Shown here piece by piece: positions 29,725 to 39,917 of a stretch of 64,000 nucleotides of DNA (the first letter of the stretch is position 1; each line of letters begins with the position of its first letter). The notes under the pieces are model-generated. The model was not told where the DNA came from and ran no database searches. It saw only the letters and a list, made by a program, of their open reading frames with translations. Origin of the DNA: Alphaproteobacteria bacterium. Its GTDB lineage: Bacteria > Pseudomonadota > Alphaproteobacteria > Micavibrionales > Micavibrionaceae. The stretch covers positions 4,598 through 68,597 of the forward strand of contig JABSQP010000009.1 of NCBI GenBank assembly GCA_013215815.1, read 5' to 3'. The position numbers and the translations under genes were made by a program.

Positions 29725-30098
29725 AAAAAAATGCCGGGTTTCTGTTGCTAGGTACCCGACGAACCCCACCTTTACCGGTTCAATGGAAAAGGGATTGAAT
29801 GTAGCTTATGCTACGCGGCTCAATTAAGCAGCGATAGCTTCGTCACCAGCAACAACTAGGTTGTCGTTAGCGGCTACGAACTGCGCATTATCGTTTGCAG
29901 TTATAAAATCATCCGATATCGGCGGAAAAACCGAACGCCGCATGAAGCCTTTACTACGTGTGTCGATCCTGTTTCAGCCCCGCGATCTATCACTAACTTT
30001 GCGTAAAGTGATAATTGGTGGAGCTGCCGGGTACTGCCCCCGGGTCCACAACGCTTATTCCGCAACCGCGTTTAGCGTTATATCAGGGCAAGCCCTGA
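29725..30098 (-). ncRNA. ssrA: Circularly permuted two-piece tmRNA
   Basis: Acceptor piece ends GACCCGGGGGCAGTACCCGGCAGCTCCACCA (CCA at 30018-30016); intervening segment 30015-29982; coding piece starts GGGGCTGAAACAGGATCGAC at 29981; tag frame 29898-29824 = ANDNAQFVAANDNLVVAGDEAIAA*. Outer ends are approximate. Confidence 0.95.
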
Positions 30099-30104
30099 AC
30101 CTAT

Positions 30105-30133
30105 AATATACTGAAAAAACGTAAAAAATTCAA
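30105..30133 (-). promoter_or_regulatory. Probable ssrA promoter
   Basis: TTGAAT, 17-nt spacer, TATATT. Confidence 0.6.
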
Positions 30134-30136
30134 GAT

Positions 30137-30586
30137 TTATACGATTAAACCAGGCTTGCTACTAACAATAGGCTTGAAATCATCGCGCCAAGTCAACTCG
30201 GCTCCCTTACTGGTTACACTATCATGAAATTGGTTTTCATAGTGAGCTGCTTGAATGTATAAATCTGATGCTGCATTTACCAGCGTTGTTCTCACGATAT
30301 CGCCGAGTACCTTTGATGTAATCGGTCCAACTTTATTAGCTCCAGTCAAAATATCGAAAGGTTTTGCTGCTTCTACAGCATCCTCTGATATAACTGTTTC
30401 CGCGCCAGCAGAACAAAGCTCTCTAAGCACATCAGGATTTTCTCTAACGAGATAAGCGGCTGCCTGCATTACGCGCAAAACATGTGCTGCTGAAGCTAAG
30501 GTACCGTCAGCAGCTTTGACCATACCCTGTTTGAAAACCTGTTGGTTAATATCGCGTAAGTTTACTGGTTCATTGGCACTCATCAT
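30137..30586 (-). CDS. Hypothetical protein
   Basis: 149-aa ORF with SD AGGAG; no recognised motif. Confidence 0.7.
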   Translation of the reverse strand: MMSANEPVNLRDINQQVFKQGMVKAADGTLASAAHVLRVMQAAAYLVRENPDVLRELCSAGAETVISEDAVEAAKPFDILTGANKVGPITSKVLGDIVRTTLVNAASDLYIQAAHYENQFHDSVTSKGAELTWRDDFKPIVSSKPGLIV

Positions 30587-30722
30587 ACTCTCCTAATTTT
30601 CGCGGAAACTATCAATATTTATAAGTTATGTCAAATATTTGTTTGAGGATCGTGTTTATCAGGCCTATATGCCTGGAAAAGAATCATCTATGATGCACTT
30701 TATCTACTGAAGGAGTACTCTT

Positions 30723-31517
30723 ATGCAGCAATATCATGACCTCATGCGCCGTGTTTTAGACGAAGGCGTTAAAAAAGAAGATCGCACAGGCACAGGCACT
30801 TTAAGTGTTTTTGGCCACCAGATGCGTTTTGACCTTTCTGAAGGCTTCCCTATGGTCACGACGAAGAAGTTGCACCTTAAATCGATCATTCACGAACTAA
30901 TCTGGTTTTTGGCCGGTGATACGAATACGAAATACCTGACAGAAAACGGTGTTCGTATTTGGAACGAATGGGCAGATGAAAATGGTGATTTGGGCCCCGT
31001 ATACGGTCATCAATGGCGTAGCTGGCCAACACAAGATGGCAATACAATCGATCAAATTTCTAACCTGATTGAACGGATTAAGACAGATCCTGATTGCCGC
31101 CGCCTTATTGTGTCAGCTTGGAACGTTGGTGAAATTCCGAAAATGGCGCTACCACCATGCCACTGCTTCTTCCAGTTCTATGTTGCTGATGGAAAGCTGT
31201 CTTGTCAGCTATACCAACGCTCTGCCGATATTTTCCTCGGCGTGCCGTTTAACATTGCCTCATACGCACTGCTGACATTGATGGTAGCGCAAGTTTGTGG
31301 CCTTAAACCTGGTGATTTTGTGCACACATTTGGTGATGCACATATCTATACAAATCACATTGAGCAAGTGAACGAACAGCTCTCACGTGATTTCTACCCA
31401 GCGCCAGAAATGCACCTTAACCCTCATGTAAAAAATATCTTCGACTTTAAGTTCGAAGATTTTGAACTTGTTGGTTATGAAGCGCACCCACACATCGCTG
31501 GTAAAGTCGCCGTTTAA
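30723..31517 (+). CDS. thyA: Thymidylate synthase
   Basis: [40 protein letters not shown]. Confidence 0.98.
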   Translation: MQQYHDLMRRVLDEGVKKEDRTGTGTLSVFGHQMRFDLSEGFPMVTTKKLHLKSIIHELIWFLAGDTNTKYLTENGVRIWNEWADENGDLGPVYGHQWRSWPTQDGNTIDQISNLIERIKTDPDCRRLIVSAWNVGEIPKMALPPCHCFFQFYVADGKLSCQLYQRSADIFLGVPFNIASYALLTLMVAQVCGLKPGDFVHTFGDAHIYTNHIEQVNEQLSRDFYPAPEMHLNPHVKNIFDFKFEDFELVGYEAHPHIAGKVAV

Positions 31518-32002
31518 TGACAACGATTAGCTTAATCGTCGCAACCGCAGAAAATAACTGCATCGGTATTAATAATACAATGCCGTGGCATATTCCTGAG
31601 GATTTCAAACACTTTAAAGAAGTCACAATGGGTAAACCTTGTATCATGGGTCGCAAAACCTATGAAAGCATCCTTGATCAATTAGGCAAGCCTCTTCCTG
31701 GGCGTACGTCTATTGTTGTAAGCAGATCAGGTTATGAGCATGAAGGCGCTTTATCTGCGGCGTCTTTAGAAGAAGCCATTGAAAAAGCAAAATCAGAAAA
31801 TACGGATGAAGTTATGATTATTGGTGGCGCACAAATATATAAACAAGCGCTTGAGAATAACTTGGCCAGCAGAATCTATCTAACGCGCGTTCATAAATCT
31901 TATGATGGCGATGCATTCTTCCCTGAACTAGATTCAGTTTGGTACGAGGCTAAAAAAGACGCCCGTGATGAATACAGCTTTGTTACTTTAGAGCGCAGCT
32001 AA
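31517..32002 (+). CDS. folA: Dihydrofolate reductase
   Basis: IG..N.MPW.IPED, IMGRKT, PLPGR, IIGG, GDAFFP; coupled to thyA by a TAATG overlap. Confidence 0.96.
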   Translation: MTTISLIVATAENNCIGINNTMPWHIPEDFKHFKEVTMGKPCIMGRKTYESILDQLGKPLPGRTSIVVSRSGYEHEGALSAASLEEAIEKAKSENTDEVMIIGGAQIYKQALENNLASRIYLTRVHKSYDGDAFFPELDSVWYEAKKDARDEYSFVTLERS

Positions 32003-33010
32003 AACCGTCTTTGTAATATCTTGATAATTCTCTAAATCACTAATCTTTCCAGCGTCGGAATCCTCTCTAACCGATATATGCAAAGGGATTGAACCAAGAT
32101 ACGAAACGTTACGTTTCTTTGTTTCTTTTTTAAGATCATGACCAAAAATATGCTCTTCATGACCGCAAGCAGAGCAAATATGTGTACTCATATTTTCAAC
32201 GAGACCCAAGATCGGAACGTTCGTCTTTTTAAACATTTCAATCGCTTTGACTGCATCGATCATCGCAAGGTCTTGTGGCGTCGACACGATCACGGCGCCA
32301 TCAACGTCTACTTTTTGTGCCAACGTTAATTGTGCATCCCCTGTCCCTGGCGGCATATCAATCACAAGAACATCCAGCGGCTCATCCTGCGTTCCCCATG
32401 CCACATCGCGCAGCATCTGATAAATCGCGCTTTGCACCATCGGTCCGCGCCAAATCATCGGCTCATCCGGATCAACCATAAAACCAATCGACATAACTTT
32501 AAGGCCATGCGCATCAAACGGGATAAGCTGCTTATTCTCATCCATATCAGGTTTTTTATAAGGAAGGCCTGTTAAGCGCGGTATGCTCGGACCATAAATA
32601 TCTGCATCCAGTAAACCAACTTTAAGTCCCTGCTTTGCCATCGCCGCCGCAATATTAACCGATACAGTCGATTTTCCAACGCCGCCCTTGCCAGAGGCAA
32701 CCGCGATAATCTTCTTAATCGGTAGCTTCAGCCTTGGGTTTTTATTCATGCCATGCGGATCAGGCGTATTATCTTGTGCCTCTCGTTCAGCCGTTAGAAT
32801 GGCAGTCACCTTGCTTACACCTTCCAAAGCCAATACTTCTTTTTCGGCTTTTTGGCGCATCTCTTCCATATCTGCGCCAGCGCTTGGATCCACCAAAACA
32901 GAAAAAGAAACCTCACCCTTATCCGAAATGTAGACGCCCGAAAGCTTATCGGTAGGCACGATTTTTTCTAGTGCCACCAAAATGTCTTTTTCATGAAGTG
33001 CTTTTGCCAT
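31988..33010 (-). CDS. mrp: Mrp/NBP35 (ApbC) Fe-S cluster carrier ATPase
   Basis: SGKGGVGKST, DADIYGPS, WRGPM, DMPPGTGD, ENMS..ICSAC; start taken at MAKAL. Confidence 0.93.
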   Translation of the reverse strand: MAKALHEKDILVALEKIVPTDKLSGVYISDKGEVSFSVLVDPSAGADMEEMRQKAEKEVLALEGVSKVTAILTAEREAQDNTPDPHGMNKNPRLKLPIKKIIAVASGKGGVGKSTVSVNIAAAMAKQGLKVGLLDADIYGPSIPRLTGLPYKKPDMDENKQLIPFDAHGLKVMSIGFMVDPDEPMIWRGPMVQSAIYQMLRDVAWGTQDEPLDVLVIDMPPGTGDAQLTLAQKVDVDGAVIVSTPQDLAMIDAVKAIEMFKKTNVPILGLVENMSTHICSACGHEEHIFGHDLKKETKKRNVSYLGSIPLHISVREDSDAGKISDLENYQDITKTVLAAL

Positions 33011-33141
33011 ATTTTTCTTTAATTTTCCAAGCATAACCTTTACGTCGATAATCCTTGCCAAGCGGCATAAAAACGATAATGTATGGGGCTAGTCATACAC
33101 CCTAATATCAGGTTTTAGAACAAAAAAAGGAATAATCTAGC

Positions 33142-34290
33142 ATGGGCGATAATAAAGGCTCCGGTAAGAACAAAAATCCTTGGGGAAACCCAAAAGGCGG
33201 CGATAAAGATCGCGGACGTAAAGATCACGACGATCATCGCGGCAGAGGACACAAAGATTGGCACAAAGGCCGAGGCGGCAATGAGCCTGATTTAGATGCT
33301 ATGCTGCGTAATGCACAAAATAACTTCAACGATATGATTCCAGGCGGCCTCGGGAGCGGCGTTGTCGGTCTTGGTCTGGGTCTTATCTTACTAGTAACCT
33401 TTATTTCACTATGTACGTTTATCGTGCAGCCGGGTGAGCAAGCCGTCGTTCAGCGCTTTGGCGCCTATGATCGTACGAAAGTGACAGAAGGTTTGGGCTT
33501 TAAGATGCCAAACCCGCTTGAAAAAGTAACAAAAGTAAACGTGAACGAAATTCGCCGTATGAATATCGGCTTTACGCAAAGCTTTGGCCGTGGCGGTTCT
33601 TCTCAATTAAGAGATCTTCCAGAAGAAAGCCTCATGCTGACATCGGATCGTAACATTGTTGATCTGGATCTTGTTATTCAGTGGGACATTGCCTCTGCAG
33701 AAGACTATCTTTTCAACATTTATGATCAAGAAAACACAATTAAGAAAGTTGCTGAAAGCGCTATCCGTGAAGCCGTTGGTCAAACACGCATGTTCCCTAT
33801 CATTACAACAGAGCGTGATAAAGTGGCTCAACATACAAAAGACATCATCCAAAAAAACCTTGATGAGTATAACTCAGGCGTAAGCATCAAGCAGGTCTTG
33901 ATCCAGCGCGCTGAAGTACATCCTGATGTTCAGCAAGCTTTCCAAGACGTTCAATCTGCGAAACAAGATGCGGAAGATGTTCAAAACCGTGCACAAGCGT
34001 ACCGCGAAGACATTCTTCCGAAAGCACGCGGACAAGCAATCCAACTTGTTCAAGAAGCAGAAGGTTATAAGGATGCAAAAGTTGCGCGTTCGACTGGTGA
34101 CGCCGACCGCTTCAATTCAATCTATAAAGCATACTTGAGTGGTAAAGACGTGACAAAAGAGCGTATCTACATCGAAACAATGGAAGAAGTTCTGGGCAAC
34201 GCACAGAAAATCATTCTTGATCAAGAAGGTGGTGGTGTCGTGCCTTACTTACCACTCGATAGCCTCAACAAAAAAAGTAACAAACAATAA
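33142..34290 (+). CDS. hflK: FtsH protease modulator HflK
   Basis: NPWG N-terminus, ES.MLT.D.NIVD, P.ARG.A, VT.ER.Y.ETME, YLPL. Confidence 0.96.
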   Translation: MGDNKGSGKNKNPWGNPKGGDKDRGRKDHDDHRGRGHKDWHKGRGGNEPDLDAMLRNAQNNFNDMIPGGLGSGVVGLGLGLILLVTFISLCTFIVQPGEQAVVQRFGAYDRTKVTEGLGFKMPNPLEKVTKVNVNEIRRMNIGFTQSFGRGGSSQLRDLPEESLMLTSDRNIVDLDLVIQWDIASAEDYLFNIYDQENTIKKVAESAIREAVGQTRMFPIITTERDKVAQHTKDIIQKNLDEYNSGVSIKQVLIQRAEVHPDVQQAFQDVQSAKQDAEDVQNRAQAYREDILPKARGQAIQLVQEAEGYKDAKVARSTGDADRFNSIYKAYLSGKDVTKERIYIETMEEVLGNAQKIILDQEGGGVVPYLPLDSLNKKSNKQ

Positions 34291-34294
34291 AACG

Positions 34295-34324
34295 CAAGGA
34301 ACTCAAACACAAGGAACTCAAACA
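34295..34324 (+). repeat. Perfect 15-bp tandem duplication CAAGGAACTCAAACA containing the hflC RBS
   Basis: Units at 34295-34309 and 34310-34324. Confidence 0.95.
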
Positions 34325-34325
34325 A

Positions 34326-35255
34326 ATGAACCAGACTAATCTTACCATTCTTCTTGTTTCTCTTGCGATTGTCTTCGTTGTTGGATCGCAAAGTATCTTT
34401 ACCGTTGACCAGCGTGAACAGGCGCTTGTTCTACAACTTGGTAATCCAGTTGGTGAACCACGCGGCCCTGGCTTGCATTTCAAACTACCACTTGTTCAGG
34501 AAGTGCGCATCTTTGATCGCCGTATCCTCTCTGTTGATCCAGCGCCAGAACAAGTTGTTATCTCTAGCGCGACATTCAACAAAACGACTGAAGAAGGCGA
34601 GGAGCAACAAGACGACTTTTCAAATATTAGCGGGGAACCAATTATCGTTGATAGTTTCGCGCGTTATAAAATCACAGATCCTCTACAGTTCTTAAAAACG
34701 CTTGGAACAATTGGCCGAGCAAATTCACGTTTAGAAAACATTCTCAACGATGCAACGCGTTCGGTTCTTGGTCAAACAACACTAAGAGAACTACTTTCAG
34801 AAGAAAGAACAGCTGTGATGGCAAGCATCAAAAGCCGCGTAAACAAAAAGACACAGGAAGATAAACTCGGTGTTAAAATTGTTGACGTTCGTATTGTTCG
34901 CGCCGACCTAACAGCAGAACTTCGTACATCGACTGTTCGCCGCATGATTTCTGAACTGCAAGAGCGCGCAACAGAAACACGCGCTAAAGGTGAAGAGCGT
35001 GCAAAAGAAATTCGCTCTACTGCCGAAAAGGAGCGCACAGTAATTCTGGCGGAAGCAGAGCGTGATGCGCAAATCATCCGAGGTGAAGGTGATAATCAAG
35101 CGATTAAAATCTACGCTGAAGCTTTCAACAAAGACAAAGAGTTCTACGGCTTTATCCGCTCAATGGAAGCATACCGTAATACTTTGGCGGATTCAGAAAC
35201 ACGCCTGATCCTATCACCGGATAGTGACTTCTTCCGTTACTTCGAAGGCCGCTAA
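34326..35255 (+). CDS. hflC: FtsH protease modulator HflC
   Basis: PGLHFKLP, VD.FARY.I.DPL.F, DVRI.R.DL, G.GD, F.RS.EAY, PDSDFFRY. Confidence 0.96.
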   Translation: MNQTNLTILLVSLAIVFVVGSQSIFTVDQREQALVLQLGNPVGEPRGPGLHFKLPLVQEVRIFDRRILSVDPAPEQVVISSATFNKTTEEGEEQQDDFSNISGEPIIVDSFARYKITDPLQFLKTLGTIGRANSRLENILNDATRSVLGQTTLRELLSEERTAVMASIKSRVNKKTQEDKLGVKIVDVRIVRADLTAELRTSTVRRMISELQERATETRAKGEERAKEIRSTAEKERTVILAEAERDAQIIRGEGDNQAIKIYAEAFNKDKEFYGFIRSMEAYRNTLADSETRLILSPDSDFFRYFEGR

Positions 35256-35288
35256 TACAAACAAATAACTTAAAAGGATTTTAAGATT

Positions 35289-36770
35289 ATGAAGACGTTA
35301 CTTACTGCTGCATCAATTGGGATGATAGCTTTTGCACCAACATTTGCGCTTGCAAAAGAAGCAATGCCCCCTCTCAATGCCCCGGCAACTTTTGCAGGTT
35401 TGGCATCGCAACTTTCCCCTGCCGTAGTCAATATATCGTCAACGCAAAAAGCAGAAATTATCGACGATGCAACACCTGAATTCCCTGAATTCCCGCCAGG
35501 ATCACCATTTGAAGATTTCTTTGAAGAATTTATGGGTAAACCAAATGGTAACGGCGGCGGTATGCCATCTCTGCCCCCGTCTTCTTTAGGATCGGGCTTT
35601 GTTGTTGATGCTGAAAAAGGATACATCATCACAAATAACCACGTTATTCGGGATGCTGAAAAAGTGCGCGTCACATTCAATGATGACAGTACGCTGAAAG
35701 CGAAAATCGTTGGCCGTGATGAAAAAGTTGATATCGCTGTCCTTCAGGTTGAAACAGATAAAAAACTAACCGCTGTTTCTTTTGGTAACAGTGATGTGAT
35801 GCGTGTTGGCGATTGGGTACTGGCTATTGGTAATCCGTTTGGCCTCGGCGGTACGGTCACAGCCGGCATTATCTCTGCGCGTCAGCGTGATATTAATTCT
35901 GGCCCTTATGATGATTACATACAAACAGACGCGTCTATTAACCGCGGTAACTCTGGCGGCCCAATGTTTAACCTGAAAGGTGAGGTAATCGGCATTAATA
36001 CGGCGATCTTCTCACCATCTGGCGGCTCTGTCGGTATTGGATTTGCCATTCCTTCTGACCTCGCGCAGCCTATTATCAAACAATTGATTGAATATGGCCG
36101 TACACGCCGTGGCTGGCTCGGTGTTCGTATTCAAACAGTTACAGAAGAAATTGCAGATAGCCTCGGTCTGGATGAACCTTACGGCGCTCTTGTGGCAAGT
36201 GTCACAGAAGATGGTCCAGCTGAAGCGGCCAAACTTAAAGCAGGTGATGTCATTACAGAATTTGCAGGTAAAACTATTCGCGAGATGCGTGAATTACCAC
36301 GCATTGTGGCTGAAACACCAATTGATGAAGCAACAAGTTTGAAATACTGGCGCGATGGTAAAGAACGCACAGCCAAGGTGACAATCGGTGAGCTTGAAAA
36401 AGCAGAAGAAGATGGTCTTTTAGCATTAAACGAGCCGAATAAAGAGACAAAAACAAAAGCAACCGAAATTGAAACAGTCGGCATTCATGTTACATCTCTG
36501 ACAAAAATGCTTCGCGAAAACTTTAATATCGGCGATGATGTAACTGGCGTTCTTGTAACAAAAATTGATCTTCAAGGTGAAGCTGCAAGTAAAGGTATTG
36601 ATAGCGGTGACGTAATTGTTGAGATTAATCAGCAGAGTGTGGGTTCCGCAAAAGACGTGCAAGACGCAATCGAGAAAGCACAGAAAGACAAACACTCTTC
36701 TATCCTTCTTCTTGTTAATCGTGAAGGCGACGTACGCTTTGTTGCATTAAAGTTGGATGAGCAAGAGTAA
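35289..36770 (+). CDS. DegP/DegQ periplasmic serine protease with two PDZ domains
   Basis: Signal peptide, SLGSGF, TNNHV, IQTDASINRGNSGGP. Confidence 0.96.
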   Translation: MKTLLTAASIGMIAFAPTFALAKEAMPPLNAPATFAGLASQLSPAVVNISSTQKAEIIDDATPEFPEFPPGSPFEDFFEEFMGKPNGNGGGMPSLPPSSLGSGFVVDAEKGYIITNNHVIRDAEKVRVTFNDDSTLKAKIVGRDEKVDIAVLQVETDKKLTAVSFGNSDVMRVGDWVLAIGNPFGLGGTVTAGIISARQRDINSGPYDDYIQTDASINRGNSGGPMFNLKGEVIGINTAIFSPSGGSVGIGFAIPSDLAQPIIKQLIEYGRTRRGWLGVRIQTVTEEIADSLGLDEPYGALVASVTEDGPAEAAKLKAGDVITEFAGKTIREMRELPRIVAETPIDEATSLKYWRDGKERTAKVTIGELEKAEEDGLLALNEPNKETKTKATEIETVGIHVTSLTKMLRENFNIGDDVTGVLVTKIDLQGEAASKGIDSGDVIVEINQQSVGSAKDVQDAIEKAQKDKHSSILLLVNREGDVRFVALKLDEQE

Positions 36771-37662
36771 AATCCATATCATTGGCGGGCCGACGGCCAG
36801 TGGTAAGTCAGCTCACGCTTTAGAACTCGCTTCAGAAGAAGACGGCGTTATTATCAACGCCGATTCTATGCAAGTTTATGACGGCTTGCATCTTCTAACA
36901 GCGCAACCGCCCCAAGAAGATTTCGAGAAAGCGCCACATCTATTATACAGCGCCCTACATCCTAATGAACCATGCAGCGCCGGCAACTGGCGTGAGATGG
37001 TTGAACCGATTATTCACGAGACATTACGCGACGGCAAAATACCTATTATTGTCGGCGGTTCCGGCCTCTATATTAAGGCGTTAATGGACGGGCTCTCACC
37101 TATTCCAGATATTCCACAAGAAGTCCGTGACCGTGTTGTTGCTCTTCATGAAGAACTGGGCAATCCACGTTTTTACGATGCGCTGCATGAACGTGATCCA
37201 ATCATGGCTGAACGCTTTCACCCTTTCCATACGGCACGTCTAATCCGTGCTTATGAAGTAATAGAAGCAACAGGAAAAAGTCTCGCCGAATGGCAAGAAC
37301 TACCACTGATCACGCCGCCCGATGATTGGATCTTTCACGTTAATCTTATCCTTCCCGAACGTGAAACACTTTATAACCGCTGTAATGAGCGCTTCTTATG
37401 GATGATGGATAATGGAGCCATCGAAGAAGTTGAAGCATTTGACATCGCATTAAAATCAGGTGAAATCGTCGATAATGTACCGCTTATCAAAGCCCTTGGC
37501 GCCCCTGCGTTACGAGAGTATATCAACGGGGATACATCCAAGGATGAAGCTATTACAAAAGCTCAAGGGCAAACACGTCAGTATGCGAAACGTCAAATCA
37601 CATGGTTTAAGCACCAAATCAAAAAGCAAAAAAATGTTGCCAGCATCAAAATTTTGAACTAG
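36757..37662 (+). CDS. miaA: tRNA dimethylallyltransferase
   Basis: GPTASGKS, INADSMQVY, VGGSGLY, TRQYAKRQ.TWF. Confidence 0.97.
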   Translation: MSKSKIHIIGGPTASGKSAHALELASEEDGVIINADSMQVYDGLHLLTAQPPQEDFEKAPHLLYSALHPNEPCSAGNWREMVEPIIHETLRDGKIPIIVGGSGLYIKALMDGLSPIPDIPQEVRDRVVALHEELGNPRFYDALHERDPIMAERFHPFHTARLIRAYEVIEATGKSLAEWQELPLITPPDDWIFHVNLILPERETLYNRCNERFLWMMDNGAIEEVEAFDIALKSGEIVDNVPLIKALGAPALREYINGDTSKDEAITKAQGQTRQYAKRQITWFKHQIKKQKNVASIKILN

Positions 37663-37672
37663 CGTGATGTTC

Positions 37673-37747
37673 ATGCAAAATATTTTAAACATTGTCGTCG
37701 TGCTGGTACTAAACGTGCTTCTCTGTGAGGAAGGGCGAAAACTTTAG
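37673..37747 (+). CDS. ilv operon leader peptide MQNILNIVVVLVLNVLLCEEGRKL
   Basis: 13 of 24 codons are Ile/Leu/Val; precedes a terminator and ilvB. Confidence 0.85.
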   Translation: MQNILNIVVVLVLNVLLCEEGRKL

Positions 37748-37808
37748 GCATATCGATTTTGTTTAAACGTTAAAGCGCCCTTGAAGAGAGATCATCAAGG
37801 GCTTTTTT
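37731..37808 (+). terminator. ilv attenuator (antiterminator/terminator)
   Basis: Terminator stem GCCCTTGA (37777-37784)/TCAAGGGC (37795-37802) plus T6; AAGGGCG in the leader ORF (37731-37737) can pair with CGCCCTT as the antiterminator. Confidence 0.85.
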
Positions 37809-38114
37809 AATGCCATATTTAGAGCAGGACAAACGCGTACAACTAGGGTGAGTGAATACAAATGGAAGGATGTGAGTTGTAATTTTATTTCAAAATTTAG
37901 AATATATGTATATTTTTATTGATAAAATTGTAATTTTATGTCTATAATAAAGCATATTTCGATAAGTATTTTACGTTATGGGCTGCAAGTCCCGCTTATC
38001 TAGTATGTAATCTCCAATTGTTTTCACGAGCTGGCTTGACCATAGGGTCAAGCGGGCTTGTTTTTTAAGAAGGATTGTTTAAAAGCAAATAGTCAAAGCA
38101 AAAGGTATGAGAAA

Positions 38115-39905
38115 ATGACAACAGCGCAATTAAAAACAGAGACAATTGAAAAAATTGAACCAGCAACAGCAATGACTGGTGCAGACATGGTTATTGAAGC
38201 GCTCGTCGAACAGGGCGTCGATACAATTTTTGGCTATCCTGGCGGTGCTGTTTTACCTATTTACGATGCGCTCTTCCAGCAAAAGAAAATCAAGCACATC
38301 TTATGCCGTCACGAACAAGGTGCAGCACATGCAGCAGAAGGTTATGCCCGTTCTACAGGGAAACCTGGTGTTGTTTTGGTAACAAGCGGTCCAGGAGCAA
38401 CGAACGCTGTTACAGGCTTAACAGACGCTCTATTGGATTCTATTCCGCTTGTTTGTTTAACAGGTCAAGTGCCGACATTCTTGATTGGTAACGACGCTTT
38501 TCAGGAGGCAGATACAACTGGTATTACGCGCCCATGCACGAAGCATAATTACCTTGTAAAAGATGTTCAGGATTTGCCGCACATTATTCACGAAGCTTTT
38601 CACGTCGCGACAAGTGGTCGTCCGGGACCCGTTGTTATCGACTTACCAAAAGACGTACAGTTTGCTGAAGGAAGCTATGTCTCCAAAGATGATGCCTCCA
38701 CGCATATGTACCAACCACAAACAAAGCCTGATATGGCTCAAATTGAGAAAGCTGTTGACCTTATAGCGAACGCAAAGAAGCCAATCTTTTATACCGGTGG
38801 CGGTGTTATCAACGCGGGACCAGAGGCAAGCGAAGCCTTAACAAAGCTTGTTAAAATGACAGGCTATCCAATCACGAGTACTTTGATGGGTCTTGGCGCC
38901 TTCCCTGCCAGTGATGATCAATGGCTTGGTATGCTTGGTATGCACGGAACTTACGAAGCAAACTGGGCCATGCATGATTGCGATGTTATGATTAACATCG
39001 GAGCACGTTTTGATGACCGCGTGACAGGTGATACGAAGAAATTCTCACCAAATTCAAAGAAAATCCATGTTGATATCGATCCAAGTTCGATTAACAAAAT
39101 TATCAATGTTGATGTTCCGGTTATTGCGGACGCAGCCGAAGCGATTAGCGCGATGATCGAAGTTTGGAACAATAAAGGATATCAGACAGATCAAGATGCA
39201 CTTAATAAATGGTGGTCGCAAATTGATGAATGGCGCGCTGTTAAATGCCTAAACTACAAAAACAGTGATACAATCATTAAACCTCAATATGCGCTAGAGC
39301 GTCTTCGCCATCACTTAGAAAAAAGTGATAAAGAAACGTTTATCACGACGGAAGTTGGACAGCACCAGATGTGGGCTGCGCAGTTCTTGCCGTTTGATAA
39401 ACCAAATCGTTGGATGACATCAGGCGGCCTTGGAACAATGGGTTACGGGATGCCTGCTGCTATCGGCACACAACTTGGCAACCCGGATGGCCTTGTTGTT
39501 GATGTTGCTGGTGAAGCATCAATCTTGATGAATATTCAGGAGATGAGTACAGCGGTTCAGTACAACCTTCCGATCAAGATCTTTATCTTGAACAACCAAT
39601 GGATGGGCATGGTGCGCCAGTGGCAAGAACTTCTTCATGGTGAACGCTATTCAAACAGTTATACAGATAGCTTGCCTGATTTTGTTAAGCTAGCTGAAGC
39701 TTATGGCGGAATTGGCCTTCGTGCAGAGACACCAGATCAATTAGACGATGTAATTGAAAGAATGATGGAGACAGACAAAGTAACAATCGTTGATGTTTGT
39801 GTTTGTCAATCGGAGAACTGCTTCCCAATGATCCCATCTGGTAAGGCGCACAATGAAATGATCTTGTCTGCTGACCCAGAAGCTTACGATAAAAAGCTGG
39901 TATAG
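38115..39905 (+). CDS. ilvB: Acetolactate synthase large subunit
   Basis: FGYPGGAVL, RHEQGA, TSGPGATN, GMLGMHG, RFDDRVTG, SGGLGTMG, GMVRQWQ; start uncertain (38115 or 38172). Confidence 0.97.
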   Translation: MTTAQLKTETIEKIEPATAMTGADMVIEALVEQGVDTIFGYPGGAVLPIYDALFQQKKIKHILCRHEQGAAHAAEGYARSTGKPGVVLVTSGPGATNAVTGLTDALLDSIPLVCLTGQVPTFLIGNDAFQEADTTGITRPCTKHNYLVKDVQDLPHIIHEAFHVATSGRPGPVVIDLPKDVQFAEGSYVSKDDASTHMYQPQTKPDMAQIEKAVDLIANAKKPIFYTGGGVINAGPEASEALTKLVKMTGYPITSTLMGLGAFPASDDQWLGMLGMHGTYEANWAMHDCDVMINIGARFDDRVTGDTKKFSPNSKKIHVDIDPSSINKIINVDVPVIADAAEAISAMIEVWNNKGYQTDQDALNKWWSQIDEWRAVKCLNYKNSDTIIKPQYALERLRHHLEKSDKETFITTEVGQHQMWAAQFLPFDKPNRWMTSGGLGTMGYGMPAAIGTQLGNPDGLVVDVAGEASILMNIQEMSTAVQYNLPIKIFILNNQWMGMVRQWQELLHGERYSNSYTDSLPDFVKLAEAYGGIGLRAETPDQLDDVIERMMETDKVTIVDVCVCQSENCFPMIPSGKAHNEMILSADPEAYDKKLV

Positions 39906-39917
39906 AGAGAAAGTAAT

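Noticed and set aside
29861..30106. 81-aa plus-strand ORF
   Set aside because: Antisense shadow of the tmRNA gene
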